Source: Myxococcales bacterium (lineage in GTDB: Bacteria; Desulfobacterota; Binatia; HRBIN30). Taken from it: a stretch of 64,000 bases of DNA. The stretch is from NCBI GenBank assembly GCA_037445065.1, contig JBBILD010000020.1:1-64000 (forward strand). The letters are read 5' to 3'. Both the position numbers and the translations under genes were made by a program. Below the pieces are notes generated by a model. It did no database searches, had not been told where the DNA came from, and saw nothing but the letters and a program-made list of their open reading frames with translations. This document shows positions 19,993-29,683 of the stretch, piece by piece (position 1 is the first letter of the stretch; every line of letters begins with the position of its first letter).

Positions 19993-21531
19993 TCACTGGC
20001 AAAGCGTTGCGACCTCGCGCGGGAACGAGCCAGCTCTCGCGGGCGAACCCCGCCGCGCGAATACGAAGCGCATGCCACCACAGAGCCGCTTTTTGCAAGC
20101 GGCGGCGCCCTCCCACTCGAGGGCCCGCTGCGCTGCTGCGGCGCTGCCCGTAACCAAGTAGTCATCGGCGAGTGCCCAGCCCAAGCCGCTACAAGCCATG
20201 TCGCGGCAGCCGGGCTCGGTCAAAGCCACAACCCGCGCCAGCGCGCGTTGCGGATCGCCGGCGCGCTGCAATTCCGCGTTGCCGAAGACCAAGCAGCCGC
20301 GTCGCAAGAGGACATCCAGCGGGGGCGGCTCGCCACCCAAGCCGAAGAGCGGAAGCAGTGCCACCGCGCCAATTCCCAGCATGCCGATCGCCACCACGGC
20401 TTGCAGCCACGCACCCGCGCGCCGCGCAACCTGATCCAGCACAAGCGCGGTGAGGAGAAGCATCTGGACCTGCAAGGCAACGAAGAAGCGCGCAAAGTAA
20501 TACCCTTCGTTTCCTTGCGGCTCGAGCGAGGAAGCCCACAGGCTGCCTGCTGTCAGCAGCGCGCTCGCTAGCAAACTAGCGGCGAAGCAACGCTGCGTGC
20601 GGCTCAGCAGCGGGTCCTGGATCACCATCCCGAGCAGCCCCAGCGCCGACAGCCCCGCGCCCAGCGACAGCCCCAAACCACTTTGCTCTATGCCCCAAGA
20701 ATCGCTCAGGTACGCAAGCGTTCCCCAGCGGGAATGCGGCGAATTTCCGAGCAGCTCGCTGCTCGGGCCCTGCAGCCGTTGGATCCAGAGCAGGGCACCG
20801 TGCGGGCGCAAGTAAAGGTTCTGATACACCCACGGGGCAAGACCGAGACCCACCCCGGCAACGAACCATGCGCGTACTGTCCGGGCGCGATGCGCACGAC
20901 GCGCAAGCCACCAGCCGCATCCTCCCAGCACCGCCATCCAAGGCGCAAAGGTCAGCGACATCCAGGCCGCGGCGGCGGCAGCCAACCCCAAAGCAAAGAC
21001 GGAGACCGACCCCGGTGCCGGCGCGCCTACCAACCCAGCGAACACCCATAGCGCGATCGCGGCGGGAAGCAGGGCTTCCGGGTGAGAACCGACGAGAGTG
21101 GCTTGCAGGCGCGCCAGGTTGGGGTCGAGACAAAGCAGGAGCAGCGCAAACAAAAGCGCAGCGCCGGGGCTCCAGCCGCGTGCCACCGCGGCCACCAAGA
21201 AGGCAACCGCGGCACAGGCCCAGGCGACGGCAATGCCTTTGAGGACCAGCATGGAGGGGCCGAAGACGCGCACCGACCAGGTGGCAAGGATCAACAACGG
21301 CACAGAGCCCCCGTGCGAGAGGTCGTCTTGGTAGTCCCAAACCGCACCCAAGCCAAGCTGCACTAAGTGGACCGCGCTCAACAAGAACACCGGCTCCTCC
21401 CAATGGGCGTGCGCTGCGTACGAGGAGGCCACCAAGCCCCAGCGGATCCCACCGGCGAGCAGGATGACTCCAACAAAGGCAAGAGCGAGCAACCATCGCC
21501 GAACCGGCGTCCGCCGGTGGGTTCCGTGCAT
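19993..21531 (-). CDS. Polytopic membrane protein, possible GT-C (ArnT/PMT-like) glycosyltransferase
   Basis: About 10-12 hydrophobic segments, acidic WEE in the first loop, Cys-containing soluble tail. Confidence 0.6.
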   Translation of the reverse strand: MHGTHRRTPVRRWLLALAFVGVILLAGGIRWGLVASSYAAHAHWEEPVFLLSAVHLVQLGLGAVWDYQDDLSHGGSVPLLILATWSVRVFGPSMLVLKGIAVAWACAAVAFLVAAVARGWSPGAALLFALLLLCLDPNLARLQATLVGSHPEALLPAAIALWVFAGLVGAPAPGSVSVFALGLAAAAAAWMSLTFAPWMAVLGGCGWWLARRAHRARTVRAWFVAGVGLGLAPWVYQNLYLRPHGALLWIQRLQGPSSELLGNSPHSRWGTLAYLSDSWGIEQSGLGLSLGAGLSALGLLGMVIQDPLLSRTQRCFAASLLASALLTAGSLWASSLEPQGNEGYYFARFFVALQVQMLLLTALVLDQVARRAGAWLQAVVAIGMLGIGAVALLPLFGLGGEPPPLDVLLRRGCLVFGNAELQRAGDPQRALARVVALTEPGCRDMACSGLGWALADDYLVTGSAAAAQRALEWEGAAACKKRLCGGMRFVFARRGSPARAGSFPREVATLCQ

Positions 21532-21661
21532 AGTCGTGGGCCGTACGCCGCTGCCGCAGACGCGTCAAGAACTGCGACCGAGTGCGGGGGCCGAGCGTCG
21601 GACTGGAACGGAGAAGTTCTGGCTTGCCTGTCGAACAGCGATGCGGTAACAGCCTACTCCT

Positions 21662-23800
21662 GTGTTGGCCCAACAGGGAGGGAGCACTCGCAGTCAGCGG
21701 TTCTGCGGCGCATGGCGCGTGGGGTTGCTAGGCGCACTCTCGGTGCTCGTGTGCGCCGCAACACGCGCCGATGTCGTGCTACCGAGCACGCTCTTCTCAT
21801 CCGGGATGGTGCTGCAGCAGGGGATGCCGGTGCCCATTTGGGGGCTGGCGGATCCAGGGGAAATTGTAGGGGTACAGTACAAGGACCAGTTCAAACTGAG
21901 CGTGGCGGATGCTACGGGTCGCTGGACCGCCTGGCTTGATCCGATGCCCGCCTCCTCCACCGGCGCCCCGCTCACGGTGCTCAGCGCCAACAGCACGATC
22001 GTCTTCGACGATGTTCTCGTGGGCGAAGTCTGGCTGTGCAGCGGGCAGTCGAATATGGTGATCAACCCACCGGCTCCGAGCGAGATGCGGCAGTACCCCC
22101 TGGTGCGCAGCTACAAACGTCGCAGTTGGAACGAACGGCCGGCCGGGGCGGCATTTTGGTTCGGCGTACGCTTGCACGAGGAACTCGGCGTTCCGGTCGG
22201 CATCATCAGTCAAGCCGTTGGCGGCTCGAACATCCGCTTTTGGTTTGGCAGCTCGATCACCGGCCCGGCGGGTGATGGCGTCGAGCCGCACATCCGGCAA
22301 AAGGGGCGGCTTTTCGAACGCAAGATCGAACCGCTCTTGCCACTCACCGTTCGTGGAGTTTGCTGGTGGCAAGGAGAGGCCGATGATGCCCGCCCGGCAC
22401 AGTATGAAACGTCGCTGGTGGGTTTGATCCGTTCCTGGAGAGAGGATTTCGGCCGCCCGAACCTGCCGTTTTTGTTCGTGCAGTTGCCGACCGGCGGGGG
22501 CTTGCGCTTTGGGGAAGCTGCCGCGCCGTTACCGGCGCGGCAACCCACGCAACTCGTAATCCCGCGTATGCGCAATGCCTATCTCAAAGCCCTCTCGCTG
22601 CCCAACACGGGGATGGTGATTTCCCTTGATCTTCCGGGTGGCACGCACCCTCGCGAGAAAGAGCTGTACGGCGAGCGCTTTGCTCGCTTGGCGCTCGGCA
22701 CCGTGTATGGGACCTGGGCGGGCAACTACTCGGGTCCAGTGTACTCGCACTTCACCCGCGAGGGGAATCGGATCCGCATCTTCTTCCGGTCGCGCACCGC
22801 GATTGGCTTGCAGGCCGGAGGCGGTGCGCCCTTGCAGGGGTTTGCCATCTCGGCTGACGGCGAAACCTTCGAGTGGGCCAACGCGCAAATCGAGGGTTCA
22901 CAGGTCTTGGTGTGGCATGATGCCATCCCGAACCCCGTGGCCGTTCGTTACGCCTTCGATATGAGCCCGCGCTGGGCGAACTTATTCAACGGTGACGGGC
23001 TTGCCGCCGCACCGTTTTCGACCGATGCGGAACCCGGGCCCGGCGGGACACCCGAACCGACCTTCACTCCGACGGGCACGCCCACAGCGACCGGTACGCC
23101 CACGCGAACGGCGACGGCGGGGCCACCGACCTTGACGCCGACGCGCACCTTGTCACCGCTGCCCAGTGCCACGCCGACCCGTACGAACACCGGTACTTCG
23201 ACGCCGACGCGCACTCCGACACCACTGGCAAGCCACACGCCCACGCCGACGCGAACCCCAACCAGAACCCCGACGCTCACGACCGGTTGTATCAATGGCG
23301 CCTCGATCAGCTCCCCGATCCTGCGCGTTCTGCGCAACACGGAACCGTCGGGCGACGAGTCGCTGCTGCTATCGGGTGTGCTCGACGCCTTCTTCCCGCC
23401 GATTGCCGCCGATCCCTCCAGCGACGGCTTCTCTTTCGAAGTGGTGGACCGGAACGGCATCAGCGTGTTTGCGCGCAGCATTCCTGCGGGAAGCAACTGG
23501 ATCGTTCGCACCGGAGCCGTGGTTGTGTTCTTATACCGTGACCCGACCGGAACGCTGGCGCCAGGGATTACGCGCGCCTCGCTCTCCACGAGTGATGGCC
23601 AAAAGTTCCGCTTCAGTGTCACCGGACGGAACAGTGATTTCCGGGTGCGCCCAGATCAATTGCCGCTGCGTGTGATTGTGGTGCTCGGAGGGCGCGCTGC
23701 GGGCCAGGCTGGCAAGTGCGGTTCCGTGCAGTTCGACAGCCCCGAGACCCGCGCTTCGTGCTCGATGAGTTTGCTGGGTAGCACGTTGCTCTGCCGCTGA
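21662..23800 (+). CDS. Secreted sialate O-acetylesterase-like (SASA) SGNH hydrolase with Pro/Thr linker and C-terminal domain
   Basis: LFSSGMVLQQ, GEVWLCSGQSNM, WWQGEAD, THP, VAVRYA. TPT-rich linker. Confidence 0.9.
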   Translation: MLAQQGGSTRSQRFCGAWRVGLLGALSVLVCAATRADVVLPSTLFSSGMVLQQGMPVPIWGLADPGEIVGVQYKDQFKLSVADATGRWTAWLDPMPASSTGAPLTVLSANSTIVFDDVLVGEVWLCSGQSNMVINPPAPSEMRQYPLVRSYKRRSWNERPAGAAFWFGVRLHEELGVPVGIISQAVGGSNIRFWFGSSITGPAGDGVEPHIRQKGRLFERKIEPLLPLTVRGVCWWQGEADDARPAQYETSLVGLIRSWREDFGRPNLPFLFVQLPTGGGLRFGEAAAPLPARQPTQLVIPRMRNAYLKALSLPNTGMVISLDLPGGTHPREKELYGERFARLALGTVYGTWAGNYSGPVYSHFTREGNRIRIFFRSRTAIGLQAGGGAPLQGFAISADGETFEWANAQIEGSQVLVWHDAIPNPVAVRYAFDMSPRWANLFNGDGLAAAPFSTDAEPGPGGTPEPTFTPTGTPTATGTPTRTATAGPPTLTPTRTLSPLPSATPTRTNTGTSTPTRTPTPLASHTPTPTRTPTRTPTLTTGCINGASISSPILRVLRNTEPSGDESLLLSGVLDAFFPPIAADPSSDGFSFEVVDRNGISVFARSIPAGSNWIVRTGAVVVFLYRDPTGTLAPGITRASLSTSDGQKFRFSVTGRNSDFRVRPDQLPLRVIVVLGGRAAGQAGKCGSVQFDSPETRASCSMSLLGSTLLCR

Positions 23801-23813
23801 ACGGGATCCCTCC

Positions 23814-25016
23814 GTGGGGCCTGCACCGGCGCGGGTACGGCGGTCCGCGACGCTGTTCATCGTCTTGCTCGGCGGGGTGAGTCTGTGCGCGGATCTCACC
23901 TACGAGGGCGCGCGAGGGATTCTTGGGCCGTTCTTTGCAAGCCTCGGAGCCTCCGGCACGGTGGTGGGCGCGGTTGCAGGTACCGGGGAACTGCTCGGCT
24001 ACGCCTTGCGCTTTGTTTCCGGCAGGCTTGCGGACCGTACCCAGCGCTACTGGGCGCTCACCCTCACCGGTTACGGGATCAACGTGTTCGCAGTCCCTCT
24101 CCTGGCAGTGGCAGGCCACTGGTTCCCCGCCGCAGCACTCGTCATCGCCGAGCGGGCAGGCAAGGCGATCCGCTCACCAGCTCGCGACGCGATGCTTTCC
24201 TTTGCCACGCATGCAACCGGCCGCGGGTGGGGTTTCGGCCTCCACGAAGCGCTCGACCAGGTAGGGGCCACTCTGGGACCGCTCGGAGTCGCCTTACTGA
24301 TCGGCCTCGGTCTCAGCTACGCCCAGGCGTTCGCTTGGCTCGTTCTCCCAGCGAGTGCGGCCATGTTGCTTTTGTTGATCGCCCGCGGGCTCTTTCCCCA
24401 ACCGCGCTCGCTCGAGCCCGTATCGGAAGAACTGCACGCAGCCCAATTCCCGAAGCGATTCTATTTTTACGTGTCCGCGGCTGCGCTCGTTGCCTTGGGG
24501 TTCGCGGACTATCCGCTAATCGCGTTTCACCTGAGACGTTCTGGCCACCTGGGTCCGGCTTGGATCGCGGCCACGTACGCGCTGGCCATGGCGGTGGATG
24601 GCCTGGCCGCTCTGCTCTTCGGGCGCTGGTTCGACCGCTTCGGCATGCGGGCGCTGGTTTTCGCTACCCTGTTGAGCGCCGCTTTTCCGCTGCTGGCTTT
24701 CTCGCCCGTACCGGAAGCCATTGTAGCGGGCATCGTTCTTTGGGGCGTTGGCATGGGCGCACAAGAGTCCATCGTTCGTGCCGCAGTGGCCACGATGGTG
24801 CCCACCTCCCTGCGCGGCACCGCCTTCGGCGTCTTCCATCTTGCCTACGGTGTGGCGTGGTTTGCCGGCAGCACCCTGATGGGGGTGCTCTACGATTCCT
24901 CGCTTTCAGCCCTCATCGTGTTCGCAACCGCAGCTCAGTTGCTCGCAGTTCCCCTCTTTTTACTGGCGGCCAGGCGCGGCCCAACGTCACACCGAGGCGA
25001 ACCTGCGTTCCGGTAA
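23814..25016 (+). CDS. MFS transporter
   Basis: About 12 TM segments, GRLADRT, ERAGKAIRSPARD, GRWFDRFG. Confidence 0.92.
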   Translation: MGPAPARVRRSATLFIVLLGGVSLCADLTYEGARGILGPFFASLGASGTVVGAVAGTGELLGYALRFVSGRLADRTQRYWALTLTGYGINVFAVPLLAVAGHWFPAAALVIAERAGKAIRSPARDAMLSFATHATGRGWGFGLHEALDQVGATLGPLGVALLIGLGLSYAQAFAWLVLPASAAMLLLLIARGLFPQPRSLEPVSEELHAAQFPKRFYFYVSAAALVALGFADYPLIAFHLRRSGHLGPAWIAATYALAMAVDGLAALLFGRWFDRFGMRALVFATLLSAAFPLLAFSPVPEAIVAGIVLWGVGMGAQESIVRAAVATMVPTSLRGTAFGVFHLAYGVAWFAGSTLMGVLYDSSLSALIVFATAAQLLAVPLFLLAARRGPTSHRGEPAFR

Positions 25017-25053
25017 GCCTTCACAGGACAGAAACCTCGGAATCTCCGTTGTG

Positions 25054-25695
25054 TCAGTCCTGCTCGCCGTTCTCGATCTGCTCCAGGGCGCGCGGCACTT
25101 GGGCGAGAGAAAGGACTCGAGCTACCCCGGGCACGGCTTCGCCCACGGCGATAAACGGCATACCAGCAGCGCGCGCGGCCTCGGCATCCGTAGGCGCATC
25201 GCCAACGTACACGGCCTGGGCCGGCTCGATTCCCCAGTGCTGCGCGCAGCGCAACAACATGTCCGGAAACGGCTTCGGCCGCTCCACATCCCGCGTGCCC
25301 ACTGTGACGTCGAGTAGGCTTTCTAGGCCGAAGCGGCGGACCACCTCGCGCGCTGTGAAGCCGCGGTTGGTGGCCATCCCCAGCCGGTAGCGCGCAGCCA
25401 AACTCTGCAAAATCTCGTGCAGCCGCTCGGCTGGACGCATCAAGCGATAAAACGGTTCGTAATCAATCGACAGCGCCACTTGCTTGGCCTGCTCGATTGC
25501 CACGGGATCGGCACCCAGCACGGCCTCCAAAAACTGCTGGGTCGAACCACGGTGAGCCAAGGCGAGCTGTTCCGCATTCATGGGTGGTTTGCCCAAGCGA
25601 GCCAAGATCGCATTGTAGTACGCCTCGTTCGCGGGCAGGGAATCGAACAGCACCCCATCGCAATCGAAAATCACGGCCACCAACTTTGTTCGCAT
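25054..25695 (-). CDS. HAD-superfamily hydrolase (phosphoglycolate phosphatase-like)
   Basis: FDCDGVLFDS, ATN, KPFPD, YVGDAPTD. Confidence 0.92.
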   Translation of the reverse strand: MRTKLVAVIFDCDGVLFDSLPANEAYYNAILARLGKPPMNAEQLALAHRGSTQQFLEAVLGADPVAIEQAKQVALSIDYEPFYRLMRPAERLHEILQSLAARYRLGMATNRGFTAREVVRRFGLESLLDVTVGTRDVERPKPFPDMLLRCAQHWGIEPAQAVYVGDAPTDAEAARAAGMPFIAVGEAVPGVARVLSLAQVPRALEQIENGEQD

Positions 25696-25982
25696 CTGAC
25701 CAACCCTACAACGTGCCGCGTGCAAAAAACACCGCCTCCCACAACGGACTGCGGATGTCGGGGCCTATGCAAGCGGGCCTCGGGAAGCGCCGGTCCCATT
25801 TGCTCCTGCCCTCGCTCGACTTCCTCATTGCGCGCGTCACCCAGCGACTCACTCGCGCCGCGAGACCACCCGCGTCTGGGTCGAGCACCACGCCATCCCA
25901 GCCAATGCCACCCTGGCAGAATTGGCGGCAACGCGGTAGGCGTGTCGCGCCGGCCCTCCCTACCAGCAGCCATCTCGCCTGC

Positions 25983-26546
25983 TTACCTCAACTTTGGCTT
26001 GCCCTTCGCTGCGGTGGCGGGGGTGCCTCCGTCGAGCCGCCAGAGGCCGCGCAACTCGGGGTACGTGAGCAAGAACCACAGGAGTTGGGGCGCTAACACG
26101 AAGCTCAACAGCCCCAGGAACACGCCAAAGGAATCCCTCCACAAGTTCGGCCGGGCCAAGAGCACAGGATAGAGGAGCACCACAACCACGTGCAGCAAAA
26201 ACACGGCGGCAAATCCCACTGTGCAGCGCCATGCTGCCGCGCGCCAAGCCAAACTTGGGGTCGCCAGGATCAAAGACAGCAACGGGATCTGCGCGAAGGA
26301 GAGCAGCGCAGGGTTGATCACGAGTTGCACCGTCTCGCCGCTACGCTCGAAAAACGGGAACTCCTGCGGGGGAGGCGGAAACGGTTCCAACCACCAACCC
26401 GTCAAGACCGGGCTCAACACGCGCGCGAGTTGAAGTACGGCACTCCGGTACCAGTTCGCCGCATCGGCCGTGATCCAGAGCACGAGCCAAATCGCAAACG
26501 CCAGCAGAAACAAGCCGACAAAGCGCCACTTCAGGCGCGCGACCAT
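25983..26546 (-). CDS. Exosortase-associated membrane protein
   Basis: Multi-TM protein (PLLSLILATP, LAPQLLW) overlapping the end of the exosortase gene. Confidence 0.7.
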   Translation of the reverse strand: MVARLKWRFVGLFLLAFAIWLVLWITADAANWYRSAVLQLARVLSPVLTGWWLEPFPPPPQEFPFFERSGETVQLVINPALLSFAQIPLLSLILATPSLAWRAAAWRCTVGFAAVFLLHVVVVLLYPVLLARPNLWRDSFGVFLGLLSFVLAPQLLWFLLTYPELRGLWRLDGGTPATAAKGKPKLR

Positions 26547-27013
26547 TCCACCCATGACATCGCGTACAAGGTGACGATCAACAAAAACACCCCCTGCCAA
26601 ACGTACTCGTGGAAGTACTCGAGCAGGCCGGGGTAGAACTCGGCTACGCGCACCAGGGTCGCGATGCGCACGACGTTGATCGCCGACAACATCCCGATGC
26701 CGAGCACCAATCCAGCAAGCTTGTGCCACCACGGCGCGGGGTAGGCGAGAATGAAGCAAGCAAGCACGGCAAAAACGAAGATCCCGGTGCACTCGTGATT
26801 CACCAGCAACGCACTCCCGGGCAGCACGATCATGTTGCCGTCCAGCACCTGCGGCTGCCCGCCGCTCCATTGCGCGAGCGTTGCCGCCGCACGCGCCAAG
26901 GCTCGCTCGAACGGCCCCAAGCGGTTTTGCAACCCGAGACCCGCGGCGGCCACGCTAAAGGCCAAAAGCCCGCCAAAAAACACCAACGCGAAACGGAAAG
27001 CCGGACCGAACAT
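26531..27013 (-). CDS. xrtH: Exosortase H-like intramembrane transpeptidase
   Basis: Catalytic Cys-Arg-His in NHECTG, NVVRI and FHEYVWQ. Short exosortase H-type length. Confidence 0.82.
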   Translation of the reverse strand: MFGPAFRFALVFFGGLLAFSVAAAGLGLQNRLGPFERALARAAATLAQWSGGQPQVLDGNMIVLPGSALLVNHECTGIFVFAVLACFILAYPAPWWHKLAGLVLGIGMLSAINVVRIATLVRVAEFYPGLLEYFHEYVWQGVFLLIVTLYAMSWVEWSRA

Positions 27014-27331
27014 GGAGCGTTTCTTAATGCGCACCGCGCTAGCGAGCAACGAGAAACCGCGCCTGCCGGGCACTGGCAATGGTGGGCTCGTGCAAGGCGG
27101 CGCGCTCCCGCGATCCAAGATCCAAACCGGCGAGCGCCAGAAGTGGGACTACGGTAAGCGTACGATCGTCCGGCGATTGCAGGGGCCACCGGCCCTTTGC
27201 TTTTCCCACCTCATGCACCCGAGACCAACTGTTTCCGAGCGCGTGATCAGCAAGCAGCGCTTCTCTACTGAGCCATCGGTGCCGGTATCGGGCCGAGTTC
27301 GGCTCGCAGCCGCTCCCAGCGGAGGCTGGCA

Positions 27332-29668
27332 ATGAGACGGCTGGTTTTACGGGCGGCGGACGGGCTCGAGCTTCACTGCACAAGCTCTCACTGGCGCGTC
27401 GCATGGGGAGAGCGCGATTGGCTGGGGCCGCTCACACTACGCCTGAACGATCGCGGTCGCTGGCGCGAAAGCGGCGAGGATCTCCCATGGGCTTCCCTTC
27501 GCCGCCTGCGCGGACGCGACGAACTCGGCGACTATGTGGCTTGCCAGCCGGACTGTGCAGGCCTCCCGTTGCCTGTGCAGGTTTCGGTACGCGCCTATCG
27601 AGAGCTTCCCCTTCTTGTCTTTCGCTTGGAAGCACGCGCGGCGCTTTCCGGTTTGGCGAGCGGCAGCTTCGCCGAACCCTCCGTCGCATGGCCCGTTTTC
27701 GCGCCCGAGCGCCGGCTTGCAGGTGGTGTGCCCTCGGGAACCCGCAGCTTCGGCTATCAGTTCGCGGAGTTCGGCCTACCGGTGGTCGGAGATGATGCGT
27801 GCCGCGGTGTCCGCCTCGCCCCTCATCGGCCGGCCGTGGCCCAACCGCTCCTGTTCATTGCGCCCGACCAGCGCACCCTGATGCTCGCGCCTCGCGACGG
27901 CTTTCACGAGCAGGTGATCGCCATCCCAGCCGATGAAGGAGAGAGCGAGCGCCGCCTTCGCTGCGGCTGGCACGGTGACCTGAACGAGGTGCCGCCTGGC
28001 TTCGCCACCGAGCTTTTCTTGTGGGTCGCCCCGTCTCCACGGCAAGCACTCGCCGAGTGGGGCGAGCTGTTGCGGAAGCTCTACCGTACGCCACAGCGCT
28101 CGCGCTACGCGGACCCGGGCCTGGCAAAACTGTCGTACTGGACCGACAATGGTGCCCACTACTACTACCGCACCGAAGCGGGCGAAGCGTACACGACAAC
28201 GCTGCTTCGGGTACTGGATGGCCTGCAGTCGCAAGGGATCAGCGTCGGTGCGCTGCAACTCGATTCTTGGTTCTACCCGCACGAAACCTTGCCTCCGGTA
28301 TGTGACCAGGGCGCTGAAATCGTCCCCCCGACTGGCACCACATTGTGGGAGCCCCGGCAGGACTTGTTCCCGCAAGGGCTTGGTGCCCTACACCCTGATG
28401 CCACCGGCCATCCGCTGATTCTGCATAGCCGCCACTTCTCGGCGCACTCTCCCTACTTTGCGAGCGAACCGGCATGGTACGATGGAGACACGGCTCACCC
28501 GCAGCGAGCGAGCTTTTTCCATCGCTTGCTTGCCCAGGCCGCCAACTGGGGTGCGATTACCTACGAGCAAGACTGGTTGGTGGAGTCGTTCTTACGCGTA
28601 CGCGGGCTACGCGAGCAGCCAGGGAGGGCCCGTGCTTGGCAGGAGGGCCTCAACGCAGCGGCGGACGCCTATGGCCTGACTCTACAGTGGTGCATGGCTT
28701 CACCCGCAGACTTCCTCCAAACCTTGACCTTACCCAGGGTGACCTCCATCCGCACCAGCGGTGACTACCGGTACCTCTTCGACAACGGCTTCCACTGGTA
28801 TTGGTTTTTGTGCACGAACGCGCTCGCTCGCAGCCTCGGGCTTTACGCCTTCAAAGACGTGTTTCTCTCGTACCCGCCCGCCGGCGGCATGCCAGGGGAA
28901 CCGTACGCTGAGATCGAAGCGCTGCTTGCCGCGCTCAGCGCCGGGCCTGTCGGCATCGGCGACCGCCGCGGCGCGACCTGCGTCGAAGTCGTCCGGCGCA
29001 CCTGCCGAGCCGACGGCGTCTTGATCAAGCCCGACGCCTCGGTTGCCGCCATTGACCGCTGCTTCACCAGGCACTGTTTTCTCGAACCCGAACTCCTCGT
29101 CGGCGAGACAGCCTCCTGGCATCCGGCCGGGCAGTGGGTTTACGTGGTCACCTTGAATGCCTTTTCTGGCCGCAAAACGCTTCACGGGTTTGTGTACCTC
29201 GCCGACCTCGGTGCCGCGCGCCCTCGGCAGCCGGTGCTCGCCCTCGATTGGCGCACCCGTCGCTGGGAGCGCCTCGAGCTCGATCAGGGATGGGAGGTCC
29301 GTCTCGACTTCCAGGACTGGGACTTCCGTGTGCTTTGCCCGCTGCTTCCTGGAGAGGTCGCCGTGTTCGGCGACCTCAGCACGTACGCCACTGCAGGGAG
29401 CCGGCGCGTGGAGGAAATTACCTTAGAGCGGGGCGCACTCACCTTCCGCGTGGAAGGGGCGCAAGGGGAGCGGGTGGCGATTCACGGTTGGAGTGCCGTA
29501 CGCCCCCGCGGGGTCACGGTGTGGAGTGCCGGCGCCGAGCAGGCGGTGGCCCAGGGCGAGAGTGGCGAGGTCGTTCCGTCGTGGAGCTGGCAGGACGGTG
29601 TGTGGTGCGTGCGTCTCGACATCCCCGCTGCCACCTGGGCCCAAGTACGCTTGCAGCTCTCCAACTGA
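27332..29668 (+). CDS. Uncharacterised putative glycoside hydrolase (clan GH-D-like barrel)
   Basis: YWTDNGAHYYY, LQLDSWFY, YEQDWL, QWCM, RTSGDY, SAGPVGIGD resemble GH36/raffinose-synthase-like motif spacing. Confidence 0.6.
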   Translation: MRRLVLRAADGLELHCTSSHWRVAWGERDWLGPLTLRLNDRGRWRESGEDLPWASLRRLRGRDELGDYVACQPDCAGLPLPVQVSVRAYRELPLLVFRLEARAALSGLASGSFAEPSVAWPVFAPERRLAGGVPSGTRSFGYQFAEFGLPVVGDDACRGVRLAPHRPAVAQPLLFIAPDQRTLMLAPRDGFHEQVIAIPADEGESERRLRCGWHGDLNEVPPGFATELFLWVAPSPRQALAEWGELLRKLYRTPQRSRYADPGLAKLSYWTDNGAHYYYRTEAGEAYTTTLLRVLDGLQSQGISVGALQLDSWFYPHETLPPVCDQGAEIVPPTGTTLWEPRQDLFPQGLGALHPDATGHPLILHSRHFSAHSPYFASEPAWYDGDTAHPQRASFFHRLLAQAANWGAITYEQDWLVESFLRVRGLREQPGRARAWQEGLNAAADAYGLTLQWCMASPADFLQTLTLPRVTSIRTSGDYRYLFDNGFHWYWFLCTNALARSLGLYAFKDVFLSYPPAGGMPGEPYAEIEALLAALSAGPVGIGDRRGATCVEVVRRTCRADGVLIKPDASVAAIDRCFTRHCFLEPELLVGETASWHPAGQWVYVVTLNAFSGRKTLHGFVYLADLGAARPRQPVLALDWRTRRWERLELDQGWEVRLDFQDWDFRVLCPLLPGEVAVFGDLSTYATAGSRRVEEITLERGALTFRVEGAQGERVAIHGWSAVRPRGVTVWSAGAEQAVAQGESGEVVPSWSWQDGVWCVRLDIPAATWAQVRLQLSN

Positions 29669-29683
29669 TCGCGAACGCGCCCG

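Noticed and set aside
23040..23285. Quasi-periodic acgccgac repeats
   Set aside because: They encode the Pro/Thr linker of the esterase and are not a separate element.
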